This document shows positions 12,957 to 24,140 of a stretch of DNA of 64,000 nt, piece by piece. Within the stretch, counting starts at the first letter, position 1; each line of letters opens with the position of its first letter. Source of the DNA: Amphiscolops sp. MND2022 (taxonomy: Eukaryota); contig OZ076416.1 in assembly GCA_964187785.1 (NCBI GenBank), forward strand, positions 16,802,001-16,866,000. The letters run 5' to 3'. The position numbers and the translations under genes were made by a program. The notes beneath the pieces were generated by a model. It was not told where the DNA came from and searched no databases. It saw nothing but the letters and a program-made list of their open reading frames with translations.

Positions 12957-14192
12957 CAGTCACTAGAAAAAAAATTGGGACAAAGTGTTTTTGTAGAAAT
13001 TATAAAAAGGTTAACGCTAAAAACTTTTTAGAAGCTGATGACATAAACAAAAAACTGTCTCGGGATGGATTCAAATACCTTTTGAACGTAACTGTCCGGG
13101 ATGGAACAAAATTTATTCTCCACAAAACTCCACAAGTCGTTCAATTCCGTCAATTTTTTGCACTACTGCTTGTAACCGAGCATCTTTCATTCGTTTTCAA
13201 TGACATTCAGGTCCGATGATTGAGCTGGCCAGTCGTTAACCACCATTATGCCATTTTCTTCCAAAAATGAGATTGTTGAAGCTGCTTTTTGAGCAGGCGT
13301 GTTGTCTTGGAGCAGTGAGAAGTCATCGTTCCACATTGGTAACAAATTCTCGTTGAGGAGTGCTTGGTACGCTGGTCCATCTCAAAACATGCGGATTCTG
13401 ACAAGAAATCGGATCACCGAAGACCAAATTGCCCCAGACGATCCACTTAGAGATCCTAGTGTTGGTATTTCTTGCTAAGTACTGTGGAAGGTGACTGAAA
13501 TCAGCGGGTCCTTTCGGTCGCCAAACAATGTCCGGCCGTCTAGGATCCAGCTCAAAAGTTGATTCGTTGATTGCGACCCATTTTGAAAATCTTTGGGTAG
13601 GTTTTTTAACATCTGAATACACCACTTTTTTCTTAGAAGGCGATGTCTTTCGGTAACCTTGAATTTCTTTGGAGCTACGCGTCTGTTCACGCCATTTTCA
13701 TTTAGAACTTTTTGTACGCCATTAACTAAATACAAATACCATCTGTTCAATCATTTTCAGTTGTCGGGCTGGAAGACGGGGGCATATAGTTGCAACCCTG
13801 AACAAAGTTCGAATCGATCCTTCATTAGCTTTGGGTCGTTTTTCTGTAGGTGGTTCAACCCCATGCTGCCAGTTTTTTGTGAAATTGACAATGGTTCGAA
13901 TGAAAAAACTCTAGCTGGTATCTGTCAAGTCTGCAAGTTCACGCAGCGTTTGCCTCGTTGGAAAAAAAACGAAGACTAAGTTTCCCAACAGATAACGTAT
14001 TATGAGGAGCCATGCAAATTTACTCAAAGCGAAGTAATAAAGTGTTTTTTTGAGATAAACGAGTGACAAAAATCATATCTGAACTATTGGACTGTTTCGA
14101 TTTTGACTGGTTGCCGAATTGATTCCATTATCGTTTAACTTTGTTCGTGCGTCGTTGTTCAATGTTTGTCCTGATTTCAATTCCGATGACTG
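12957..14192 (-). mobile_element. Tc1-family DNA transposon (DD35E), decayed, inserted in the Gypsy protease
   Basis: Imperfect 28-bp TIRs (CAGTCACTAG... at 12957; ...GATGACTG at 14192, 20/28 match). TA follows the right end and TG precedes the left end. Transposase remnants about 14013 to 13028: KWVAINESTFEL...VWR; QDNTPAQKA...WPAQSSDLNVIEN. Removing it restores protease NEIFKVMENLLGPIIG. Confidence 0.9.
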
Positions 14193-17100
14193 TAAAGTCA
14201 TGGAAAACCTATTGGGACCAATAATAGGCCTCGTGTTGCTACAGGGGAACCATACAATCCCAAATAAAAAGGCAAAGAACATTAATTTTCCCATACTTTT
14301 TCATGCAACTAAAAACTGCCGACCATTAATACTCAAACGTCATGGAATCAATTCCCAACCCATCGCACATTCCAATTGCACCAAATGACAGGGTAGCAAT
14401 CAAAACACAATCCTAGATCTACTCTGAACACAACGGAACAGGAATACTATAACCGAGCGATGTTCTACAAGAAGAAAGTGATATTACATTTTGCCCAGGT
14501 ATAGTAACCCTATCCCAAGGGAAAACAAACATATAAATCACAAACTTCACGGACCAACAATTCGGTCTTAAGAAAGGACTCCACAACGCCAGTTGTTTGG
14601 TTTTAACCCCGGAACAATTGAAAAATATCCAGCTGCTGGACACTGTGTCAACATGGCACATTCTCCAAGAGAATCAGGACAATGCGATACATTATGTCAG
14701 TAGCCTTTCAAAAACTCAATAGAACAATGAAGTTGGGGAACATTATTGGTTCCCAACTCCAGACAATCCAGGAGATGAAGCGTCTCACACACCAATCCAA
14801 AAACGAATACTATCTCAGCTCCGGACTTTACAGAAACGAAAACCAATGAACACTTTAGACGATCAAAATTCAAGACAACAACTTTTGAGTAACTTTGACA
14901 GGAAAGATTCCATGCTCAATCAACAGGAAATTGCAAACGTCTAGGAACTACTAGTTGAATTACCACGACATATTTGCAAGACAGCGTTTTGACATAGAGA
15001 ATGATGAGGAGTTCATCATCAAATTGACACCAAAGGTTGACTCTCCAGCGTACAGTCAAAACCTTCCTTTCCAGTAAACTTAAAGAATGACACCCTCGTA
15101 GAACTGGTACAACTCCATGGCAATATATTATAGAACCACCTTAACGTTCTCGGGATACGCCAGCCCAACCTTTGCTCAGGAGAAAGCAGACAGAAAATTA
15201 CGTCTCTTAGTAGACTTACGGGAAATAAACAATCTCATTTCAGATGAATATTTACATAACAACCATCAAGTAAGCACATTAACAGATGCGTCGCAACATG
15301 AGACTGAGAGAAATTTTTTGCAAAATTGATTGCTCACAGGCGTACCACCACTGTCTCCAGGTGGCTGATCAACGTCCAATCGAACTACTACCGTTTAACT
15401 TTGCCGGCAGAACAATTGCGTACAAAAGATTAGCACAGGGACTCAGTAGAGCCATATCGGCATTCTCCAGTTTCATGAGAGACAAGGTTATAAATGCCAA
15501 TCAATGTGCACAATATGTGGACTATATTGGCATAGTACCCAATGATGCAGACGAGCTGACTCGAATCTTAAGGGAAACCTTTGAATGCATTCCGAGAGCA
15601 GGACTAAAAGTAACCATGCACAAATTTAATTTTGGAGCCATCGAAAACAAAATTCTTGGAAGAACTATCACCCCTCTTGGAGTTAAAACACAAAAAAATG
15701 TCCAAAAGTTTCTGGAGAAAACAAAGTTTTCCAAATTCAAGAAGGCCCTGCAGATGTACCTGAGAATGCCTAAATACTACCGCAACTACATTCCCAGGTT
15801 AACAGAGAAGTTAATACCATCTTCCATTTACTAAAGAGTGACGAAAAGTTACTGGTCACCCGAGAACTAGTACAACAATTCAATGCAATCAACAAAGACC
15901 TCAACAGTTGCTTCCAATTAGCTCTGCGACAACCGTTACCCTATAAACAATTGGCATCAAAGGTTGAAACAGTCTCTGCTGCGTGGTACGCCTTTCTTAC
16001 GGAATACGATCCCGAGTAGAATTACAGATTATTACGAAAAGCATACACCCCAAAAGCATTTGGTTCGAAAACTTTCATTCCCTCACAATTGGAAATGTAA
16101 ATTTATGCAAAGGAATTCCTGGCCAACTTTTTCGCAACCAAAGAACTTGGACACATATTCTGGGGAATCTCCAAACTTATCATCATACTCACAGACAGTA
16201 AAGCAGTCACCCGATTCTTCCAAACGAAATTTCTCCCAGGGCCGCCTTGGAATGCATGTGATTCTGTAATCCAATTTGAGTTCACAATAGCCCATATCCA
16301 GGAAAAATCTATATCTATCACGACTGGAAACGGAACCAAACGACAAAATGGTCATCACTATAGGTGAAGACATTACAACAAAACCAATTGAGGTCAACAT
16401 TCACTCCACGGGAGTTGCTCAGGAAGAACAAATGTTCTTCACTGATGACGAAACTGAACAAGAAATAAGGGAACGCAAACAGCGTGCCAAAGAAAATCCC
16501 ACAATAAAAAACCCTCATTTACAATCGAAGCCGTGTCTACTAATACTGTCACTACACACTCAAAAGTAAACGCACGACTTTGCAAAACAAATGAGATTGT
16601 GGCTAAACAAACAAGATACCCGAACTTGATACGACTAAAGGCCAATCTCCACGGAGAAGCGTATGTTGAAGAATTACTGAGACAAGATGTCCGACATAAA
16701 CACTGTATGAACAACATCGATTGCACAGTACTTCGGGAAGAAATTCTCACAAGACAATACACTGATAAAACTGGCCATTTACGATACTACCAAACCCTCC
16801 TACCACAACACTTTCTGACCAATCTCTCACAATCCCTTCCAGGAAAACCCCATAAATACCCGGGATTAGCCACAATGCCTCAAGATATCAAGCAAAAATT
16901 TGTTTGACCCGGAATAGCCAAATTAGTGTGAAAAAAGGTACAAATTTGCGAAAGGCGTGTCAAGGACAGAAAGAAACCGAATGCAACGCTTAGACCTGAA
17001 CTGATAAACCTACCTGAATGGGATGTAGGTCTAGTAGAAGCGATGCAAATAGACCTTCTACCAAACCAACAGCCAAGTTTGGGATATAATTGTGTCTCAA

Positions 17101-17204
17101 CGGCTCTAGACGTATTATCTAGATACCTTTTCGCCTACCGAATAGTTGAGGCAATAGCGACATCATCGGCCAAAGTATCAATCGAATATATCACCAAACA
17201 TTCA

Positions 17205-17990
17205 ATTCGACAATTTGAAGAAAATTTAACAAAGAGATTACGCAAAAAGACCATATTTTCCGTTCAACGTTACCCACAAAAGTGGGTCTTTGGTTGGCAC
17301 TGTCGGTCCGGTATCGGTGGTATTGCCCTAGCGGTGTTTGCAGATAAAGAAGAACTTTTCGACCCGAAAGAAGGAAATATCGGCAACCTTTTTGAAGGTG
17401 TTTGGGATGCAGCGGATATAGTTCTCGGAAGTGATGAAAGTGCAGACGTCCATTGCGTGAAAGTCCTCAGAAACTGGTACTCCAATCTTTTCGACAAAGA
17501 CAACCCCAAACAAATTGGGTTCGGTGACGAATTTATTTCTGCGTATGACGCATGCGAACTCTTAGGACACAACTTGGGCCAATGTGGTTATGTCTAAGAT
17601 CTGAAAAATTCAACTGTGACACATTCCAGAATTGGGTTGAAACATATTACCAAACAAATGTTTTGACTTTTGGACATGCAGGTTTGACACCGTACAAATT
17701 CAAAATGATGATGTTTCCTTAGTTAGTTGAGAGTGGATTCATACAACGGTCATTCCACCATATGTGTGAATGTCTTGCAAAATCGGATCATCATGTTGTT
17801 CGTGACGCTAGAAAGGGATGCATGGAGGAAAGAAAATTTATCACAAGGATCCACTCTTTCTCGAATCCTTGTCTTCGTTCATGAAATTCCTAAGAATGAC
17901 AACTGAATTGAGGGAGAGAGAAACGAACCATGCCAATGGTACCCTGGAAAAAAGAATACTGACAGTTTTGCCCAATCAGCCCAATTAGCC
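17205..17990 (+). mobile_element. C-terminal half of a putative RAG1/Transib-like DDE transposase, degenerate
   Basis: RQFEENLTKRLRKK; GLTPYKFKMMMFP (TPY 17687-17695); HHMCECLAKSDHH (17756-17794); MHGGKKIYHKDPLFLE. The order resembles RAG1 LDKHLRKK / ITNYFHK / SEGNESGNK. Similarity judged by eye only. Confidence 0.45.
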
Positions 17991-17998
17991 CAATCAGT

Positions 17999-18739
17999 GT
18001 GATGAGTTTGCTTCAAAGTGCAGCAAAGGCAATGAAGATTCAGGTCTCAGGTTCAGAGTGCCTCGAAATGTGGCGTAAAGAAATAACGATTCCGAAACTT
18101 GCAATTGGGGTCATGCAAAATGATTTAGCTGGGTTGAGAATTTGCCTACTTGGTTGCCTGGGTACTTGGAAAAGACAAAACCTAACACATGACAATGTAA
18201 AACAGATGATAAAGAATATGGGACAAATCGTTTTTGATAATGATCGAGCTGGAGTGCTGATGAACACCCATTCACATTTACTTAATTGTTTTGTTATTGT
18301 CAAGGACGAAAAAGACCTGATTATAGATACCGGATCAACCGATGAAATAAACGATTTGATACCGAAACCGAGTCGAAGAAGTTCCTCATCGACAAGGGGT
18401 GGTGAAAATGAACCCTCAAAACATTCTATCGTTGCGAAACGATTTGCAGCGGGGGGTTTCAAGTTCATAAAGATTGATTTTTTGGCAGAAGTTTATGAAA
18501 AAAGCATTTTGATTGACCCAGAGCCATGCGTTATTCAACCGGGATCCAAAATGATTGAAAACCGTGTGAACGAAGAAACACCGCTGCTTCTCGACCAATG
18601 TAGTGGAAAAACTTCAGTTGAAAATGTAACTGCTAATGTCGCTCTCAAGAGATATCGTGATGGAAAACTCAAACAATCTCATTTTCGAAACTTTATTGTG
18701 TTGTGTGATTCAAGTGTTATCATGAGACAAATGCTCTGA
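17999..18739 (+). CDS. 246-aa open ORF containing a BRCT-like domain, probably the C-terminal extension of the upstream transposase
   Basis: LAGLRICLLG...LTHDNVKQMIKNMGQIV and AAGGFKFIKIDFLAEVYEKSILIDPEPCVI resemble the BRCT N- and C-terminal motifs. No internal stops. Confidence 0.55.
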   Translation: MMSLLQSAAKAMKIQVSGSECLEMWRKEITIPKLAIGVMQNDLAGLRICLLGCLGTWKRQNLTHDNVKQMIKNMGQIVFDNDRAGVLMNTHSHLLNCFVIVKDEKDLIIDTGSTDEINDLIPKPSRRSSSSTRGGENEPSKHSIVAKRFAAGGFKFIKIDFLAEVYEKSILIDPEPCVIQPGSKMIENRVNEETPLLLDQCSGKTSVENVTANVALKRYRDGKLKQSHFRNFIVLCDSSVIMRQML

Positions 18740-18995
18740 GAACGAAAGCGGAAAACAAAACTGTATCTTTAAACACACGTCGTGGAAACTAAAAACATAA
18801 CTTAAAACATTGCGGAATTTCACTCAAAGGGATATACTCAAAAAAATTCCTTGAGTTTTTTCACTTATTTCAATCAAAGTACTCAACTGTCATTCACATA
18901 TCTATATAAAGAGATAAAAGAAACATTTCTGAGTCCTAATATGTGACAAAAAAAGTTTGAAAATAGGTCCTGAAAGTGAGACGCGCTTTCACATC
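18732..18995. repeat. Diverged direct repeat, copy A (pairs with 22616-22887)
   Basis: Shared TGCTCTGAGAACGAA-GCGGAAAACAA, TCGTGGAAAC, TTCACTCAAAGG and TCAACTGTCATTCACA. Confidence 0.8.
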
Positions 18996-19189
18996 TTTTC
19001 ACTAAAAAATATCATTTTTCCGTCCTTGAAATGACTAGAAAACATATACATGTTTCTATATTTAATTTAAAAACAGGCAAGAATTAACATTTCCATGCAT
19101 GCTTTTGATCCTGGAGAACTGTTCAAAACAAGTTGAAAAAAGTACGAGCGTACATTTAAATGTAGAGCTAAATCTAAATCTACATCTAA

Positions 19190-22100
19190 ATCAATCTAAA
19201 TCTAACCAATCGTTTTCAAGAGAATTAGATCGAATCCCACAGGTGCTTAAAATCAGTGGATTCGTTTCTGGGAACAGACTGGGGTCAACAACTTCAGCTG
19301 GCAATAAAATGTTTTGCGCTGAAAGCATCATTGCGGGCTTGCTCTCTTCTTCGAGAAGGCTTTCAGTTGTCAGTTTTATCTAGTAGGACCGCGTGTATGG
19401 ATGTGTGATGGGGCTGTAGTCAGCTATTTTCATCGACATTTGAGGATTATCGATTTTGCCCTGTACTTTTTGAGGTAGGTCACAGCGAGCTTGGATTTTT
19501 GTATGATCATTGAAGGTCGTTCCGAAGCTAACATGATTTAGATGCGCGCGCTCGAAAGTTCTGGGAACACCTGTGAATAATGAAGTGTTGGTCACCATGA
19601 ACATATAATGTTCCAAATCAAACGGTGTGGAATGAGCCAGCCCATGATTGGAACCAAAATTACTGAAACACGTTCACTTCATTTTTAATTCTAGAATTAA
19701 CCCACGATTGGAACCTAATTCACAAAATTCATTCTGAACTATCGCAATCTTTATAGAATAGAATCTTACCTGGCGGACTTCGTTGTGGTTGTATATCTGC
19801 CGCACAGTGTTGTTCGTGGATACAAAGCGTCGGAGATCCGCAACAAGTTGGTGCATCATGAGATCTAACATCTCTGGAAGGCCTGGGAACATGTCATTGA
19901 CATGACAAAATGGAAATAGTTAGCTGGTTTGACCAAAATTTCTCCAACCTTCACATGCACCCGCAAGCATCCCTACTTGAGCTGGTTGATGTTTCCGAAA
20001 AAAAATGGCCGGAAAAAATGTTTACCAAATTTTTCGGTTCAACATCCCTACAATCATTATATTCGGACAACAGAGACTGGTAACCCAGCATTAATTTTTT
20101 TCACCTGTTTCTTACGAATAACTGTTCTCCCTTTTGTACATTAATGTTTCAGATCTTCATAACAATTGAGTGTTTTGATGGAAATGCTGATAATTGATAT
20201 GGAAGACACTGTTTTAAGGAAGTTACTGTTTTCAGAATATTGACTGAAATTATTAAGATTACATCATGTCACTCTCGGTGTAGGCCCAATTTTCGAAGAT
20301 AATGAGGTTCCTCTTGGTTGGTTTGACGAGAAAGAATATCTTCTCTCCAGCGAGTACCGTATAGAAGACCGAAGTTGCCGACTATTCCTGATGCCAAGTG
20401 CTATGAGCAGAATCTTGAGTCACCAGGTTGTAATATGACGTTGAGCAGTAGTAGGACGCATTCTTTGACTCATGTATGAGTTCGTCTGTGAGGTAGCTAA
20501 TGGAATTTCGCGATATCATCTCTGGCACAGTATAGATGGATTTGGGGCGGGTCCGGATGCCAATGACGTTCAGCGGGTGGAAATGACTGTCTGGGACGCA
20601 GGTGTCCAACTCCGCGTAAAAGTCTTCGTAAGCCATCTCTCGTGTCTGCAAACATAATAAATTAGTCATCAACACTCCGAAACAATGATTGTTTTGGTGA
20701 ATATGCTTACTATACTCTTAAGGCTTACTATATCCTTAATGCTTGCTATATTTGTACATCTAGATTTCTTCTGTTTTTGTTTGGATGCTTCAACAGTTCA
20801 AAAGAATTTTCAATTTTCATAAATTCAAATTTTCAAAAAATTGGAGAGAAAAAGGAAAATCCTTGCGAATAATCATTCCATCAACACTCAGAATCAATTA
20901 TTATTTTAGTGACTATGCAAAGGAATTCTATTAGTGATTAGTGAAACAATTCGAATCGAGGTGACCAAAAACGTATGATTGGGGTAAAGAATGTTTTCAT
21001 ATTATCGAGAATTACCTCGCCCAATTTCGCCGACTTGATTTCAATCGTCTCATTCGGTTCCGCAAGGTTGCGGAGCTTGAGGATACGTTTCACCTCTGTA
21101 GTGAATTCTCTATCCAAGTCCATCTTCAGAACTTTCGACCCGTCACAATGGTCGGCACCGTCCTTGCAAATTAAGGGTACCCCTTTGCGGAAAAGGTAAC
21201 CAAGATGCTGCGTCTGGTTCGAATGGGGACCTTGCTGTTGAAGCCACTTTGCAGAGGACGTATTCGCAAAACTTGAAGTAAAAACGGGTACCCAAAGGGG
21301 CCAGGGGTGTTCCGGGACTAAACGTCAACTCAGTTGGCATAGGTGTCAGGGCAGTTTTGCAGGCAGAATATCTCGAAACATGGTTTCTCAAACTGTACCC
21401 ATATCCGAATCCTGTGCCTCATGCTTTGCAGAAATGTGGGCTCATCTGTTTTCCTTTGGCTGCTTCTGCAATACAAGAGGAATTTATATATTCATAAAAA
21501 TTCCAAAAACTCCAAAAAATGAGAAAAATTCAAAAAATCACTGCTAAAATTTCTCAACCCAAATTTTAACCGAAATTATCCCTAATGCCTACTGAGTTTG
21601 TACATCTTAATTTCTTTTGTTTTCCTTTGACTGCTTCAGCAATTCAGATAAATTTCAATGTTTGTACTTCCAAAAAGTTAAAAATATCGGAAAAAAAACA
21701 TGCGAAAACGTCTCACAACCCATAATTGGACGCAAAAAAAATTCTTACGATATTGGTACATCTTGACTTCTTCTTCCGCGGCAATTTTTTTGTTGTTTTT
21801 AGCAGTATTTGGCAATTCTTTGGTGACGCTCCTTGCTCTTTGTGGTTGTAAAAGTTTGGCCACATTTCTCGCAGGTCTTCTTCTGCGTGTCGCCCTGTTG
21901 TCGACTCAGGCCATCGCACGACTGGAGGTGACGCGTTAGTTGCCAATGGCTTCCGGCAACATACTCGCATGGCAAATTTGGACATGGGAACCCTGAGAAC
22001 AAAACAAATGAAAGACGTTTTTTTTGTAAATTGGAAAAATGTTTGAGGATGTGTTAGAACTTTCTGTTGAACTCTTCGTTGATGAAAATTCATAGAGGAT

Positions 22101-22431
22101 TAGAATCATTTCAAGATCAAAATCAAAATCAAGAAATTGAATAATCATAATATGAAAAAAATCAAGGACAGTTTTTTTTAAAAAATAGAACAATGTTTGT
22201 GAATGTATTAGAATTTTGTGTTAAACTTTTTGATGAAAAAGTTTAGCTCAATAAAATCAATTTAAGATAAAGTAACATCGTCAATTCGAATAAGTTGGAT
22301 TGCTTACCTGTTTTCGCTGTTTCGGAGTCAGATGTCGCAGGTTCAGTGTATCGTGATGTACTGGGTTGAGGTTGAGAGCTTTTCTCCATGGTAGACGGAA
22401 ATATAACTTTTGAACAGTCAGAACGACCCAT
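19190..22431 (-). pseudogene. Multi-exon zinc-finger plus JmjC (KDM2/KDM7-PHF8-like) histone-demethylase pseudogene
   Basis: Exon ending 22308 at AG|GTAAG; exon 21992-21749 with CPNLPC...HLQSC and CEKC...HQRIAKYC; phase-matched intron 21466-21748; exon with FCKA*GTGF...LRNH and F-TPII; exon from 20645 with LNVIGI and [28 protein letters not shown]...FENW; CLRVHVKVGEILVKPANYFHFV near 19960-19905. Several stops and frameshifts. Confidence 0.8.
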
Positions 22432-22615
22432 AATTGAACCAAGTGTTTATTTAATGAATCAGAATCTAGTTAAAAAGTTCCCATGCGACCGAAGTTTCCG
22501 AAAAAGTATTTCTTATTGGAAAAACAAACTTTCATGATGGGATCACTAAAAATGTGCAAATTAGGACGCTCATCAGATTGTCCTGGTTTCCACGGAAGTC
22601 ATGTGAAAATTGAAT

Positions 22616-22887
22616 TGCTCTGAGAACGAATGCGGAAAACAAGACCATATCGTTACACACATATCGTGGAAACCAGATACATTTTCTAAATCTTTGCCAA
22701 AATTCACTCAAAGGTGTATAGTCATAGTCATGATGTTTCCAGAAAAAAGCCATGAGTGTTTTCATATATTTCAACCAAGGTAATCAACTGTCATTCACAC
22801 ATCAATATGAATAGATATAAGACAGTTCTGAGTTTTATGTTATAAAAAACCTTTAATTTAGGTCTCGAAAACAGACTCGTTTTCACG
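22616..22887. repeat. Diverged direct repeat, copy B (pairs with 18732-18995)
   Basis: Same shared blocks as copy A, in the same orientation. Confidence 0.8.
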
Positions 22888-23072
22888 GAACTTTTTCCTT
22901 TTCCGCAACACTTTTCAAGATGATGTTTATGCAATTAATTATACTAACAAAAATACTTGAATACAAATCAGAATCCTTCAATTTTGTATGTAATTCTAGA
23001 GTGACAGTTTATAATTGAGATGCAAACTTTGTCCACACTGTTTTAAAAAACAGCTTTTTCCTTCCCCACCAC

Positions 23073-23112
23073 ACTTTTTAAAGAATAGGGAACTCCCTAT
23101 TCTTTAAAAAGT
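23073..23112. repeat. Perfect hairpin, 19-bp arms, 2-nt loop
   Basis: ACTTTTTAAAGAATAGGGA-AC-TCCCTATTCTTTAAAAAGT. Confidence 0.95.
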
Positions 23113-23265
23113 AAGGAAAAGGGGGGTATGAACAGTACATATGGGAACAAAATTAGGTGTGAAATGATGCAGAGCGTACAATTAAAGTCAACTAAACAAC
23201 CGCGTAAGGGCAATGAGCGAATGAATCATTTAATAGCTTAATGTAACAATTCAAAATGCGTGAAC

Positions 23266-23310
23266 AATTTAGAAAGGTGAATTGGAACTTCCAATTAACC
23301 TTTCTAAATT
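23266..23310. repeat. Hairpin, 22-bp arms with 1 mismatch, 1-nt loop
   Basis: AATTTAGAAAGGTGAATTGGAA-C-TTCCAATTAACCTTTCTAAATT. Confidence 0.95.
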
Positions 23311-23338
23311 TATCAAATATACACACGTATACATTGTT

Positions 23339-23439
23339 CACGTATACACACGCAAACATGTATTTTTATTGTCTTATTGCCACGACTTCAAGTCGTGGCA
23401 ATAAGACAATAAAAATACATGTTTGCGTGTGTATACGTG
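23339..23439. repeat. Perfect palindrome, 49-bp arms, 3-nt loop
   Basis: Arm 23339-23387, loop TCA, arm 23391-23439 is the exact reverse complement. Confidence 0.98.
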
Positions 23440-23680
23440 TGCTGAGTCTGCCAACGAAGCACTGTTTAGCTTGTCTGTCTAATGGCAATTTGAACACGGC
23501 CAGACAAAAGGGAATTAAAATAGTACGAAAATACTTGGTCCAAAGAAAACCGTTACAAATATTTCGATATGAAATGAATTTACTTAGTTTGTAAAATTGA
23601 ATCATTTATCAATGGCATCGGATTTGATTGACCTTGCACAACAGACGGCAAGGGGAGAGACTGGTTGAGAGCACAATCCG

Positions 23681-24110
23681 ATGGTAGCCAATAGCAACTT
23701 CAAGTTGATACCATTTGTGTACACCCCTTTGTCACCACCTCTTCTTGAGGGGGGATTCATGAACACTCCCCTCAATGACTTCCTGGGGCCATGCAACCAG
23801 CCCCAAATGGTGTCAGTGGCAGTGCAGACATCACCGGTACTTGTAAGTGAGCCCTTTCTCGCTCCGTCAGCCCCCTCCAACACCAAAACAGACGAGGAAG
23901 CTGGCACATTTTCCTGCGGGTCAACCATCCCAGATGTTCTGTGGCACGACTCAGGGGTGCTTCACAGATTGCATGATGTAGAAAGTCATTCGAGCTGATA
24001 GCAGATGAAATAGTGATCGCCTTCATACGTCATACCGAGTACCCATGTGAACCTTACTAAGCTACTAAGTCAAGGAGGCAAGAAGAAGTGCATTTATCGA
24101 GGGCATGCAC
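23681..24110 (+). pseudogene. Sense accessory ORF (ORF-X) remnant of Gypsy element 2
   Basis: Pro/Ser-rich ORF, then C-M-x-CRKSFELIADEIVIAFIRHTEYPCE (23970-24051) and RRSAFIEG. Homologous to 32261 and 47314. Confidence 0.65.
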
Positions 24111-24140
24111 GCCAGGACCTACCTTTTTTTCTCCGGGGAG

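Larger units (their letters stand above)
10385..17204 (+). mobile_element. Gypsy element 2 gag-pol pseudogene (capsid, two zinc knuckles, protease, RT, RNase H, 5' half of integrase)
   Basis: KSEKFERFEDLF capsid; CTYCKEEGHNYKAC and CPICDKTNYSLERC; protease FQIMVANG...PIIGLVLL split by Tc1; RT LRLLVDLREIN, KIDCSQAYH, RLAQGLSRA, QYVDYIG (YxDD mutated); integrase MQIDLLPN...DVLSRYLFAY truncated at 17204. Confidence 0.92.

Noticed and set aside
21240-21330. Degenerate PHD finger ahead of the JmjC domain (TRFYFKFCEYVLC)
   Set aside because: Needs a frameshift and most ligands are missing; too weak to call.
19380-21421. Stop-codon reassignment to explain in-frame stops in the JmjC gene
   Set aside because: TGA, TAG and frameshifts all occur, and the ELAV gene reads normally with the standard code; ordinary decay is simpler.
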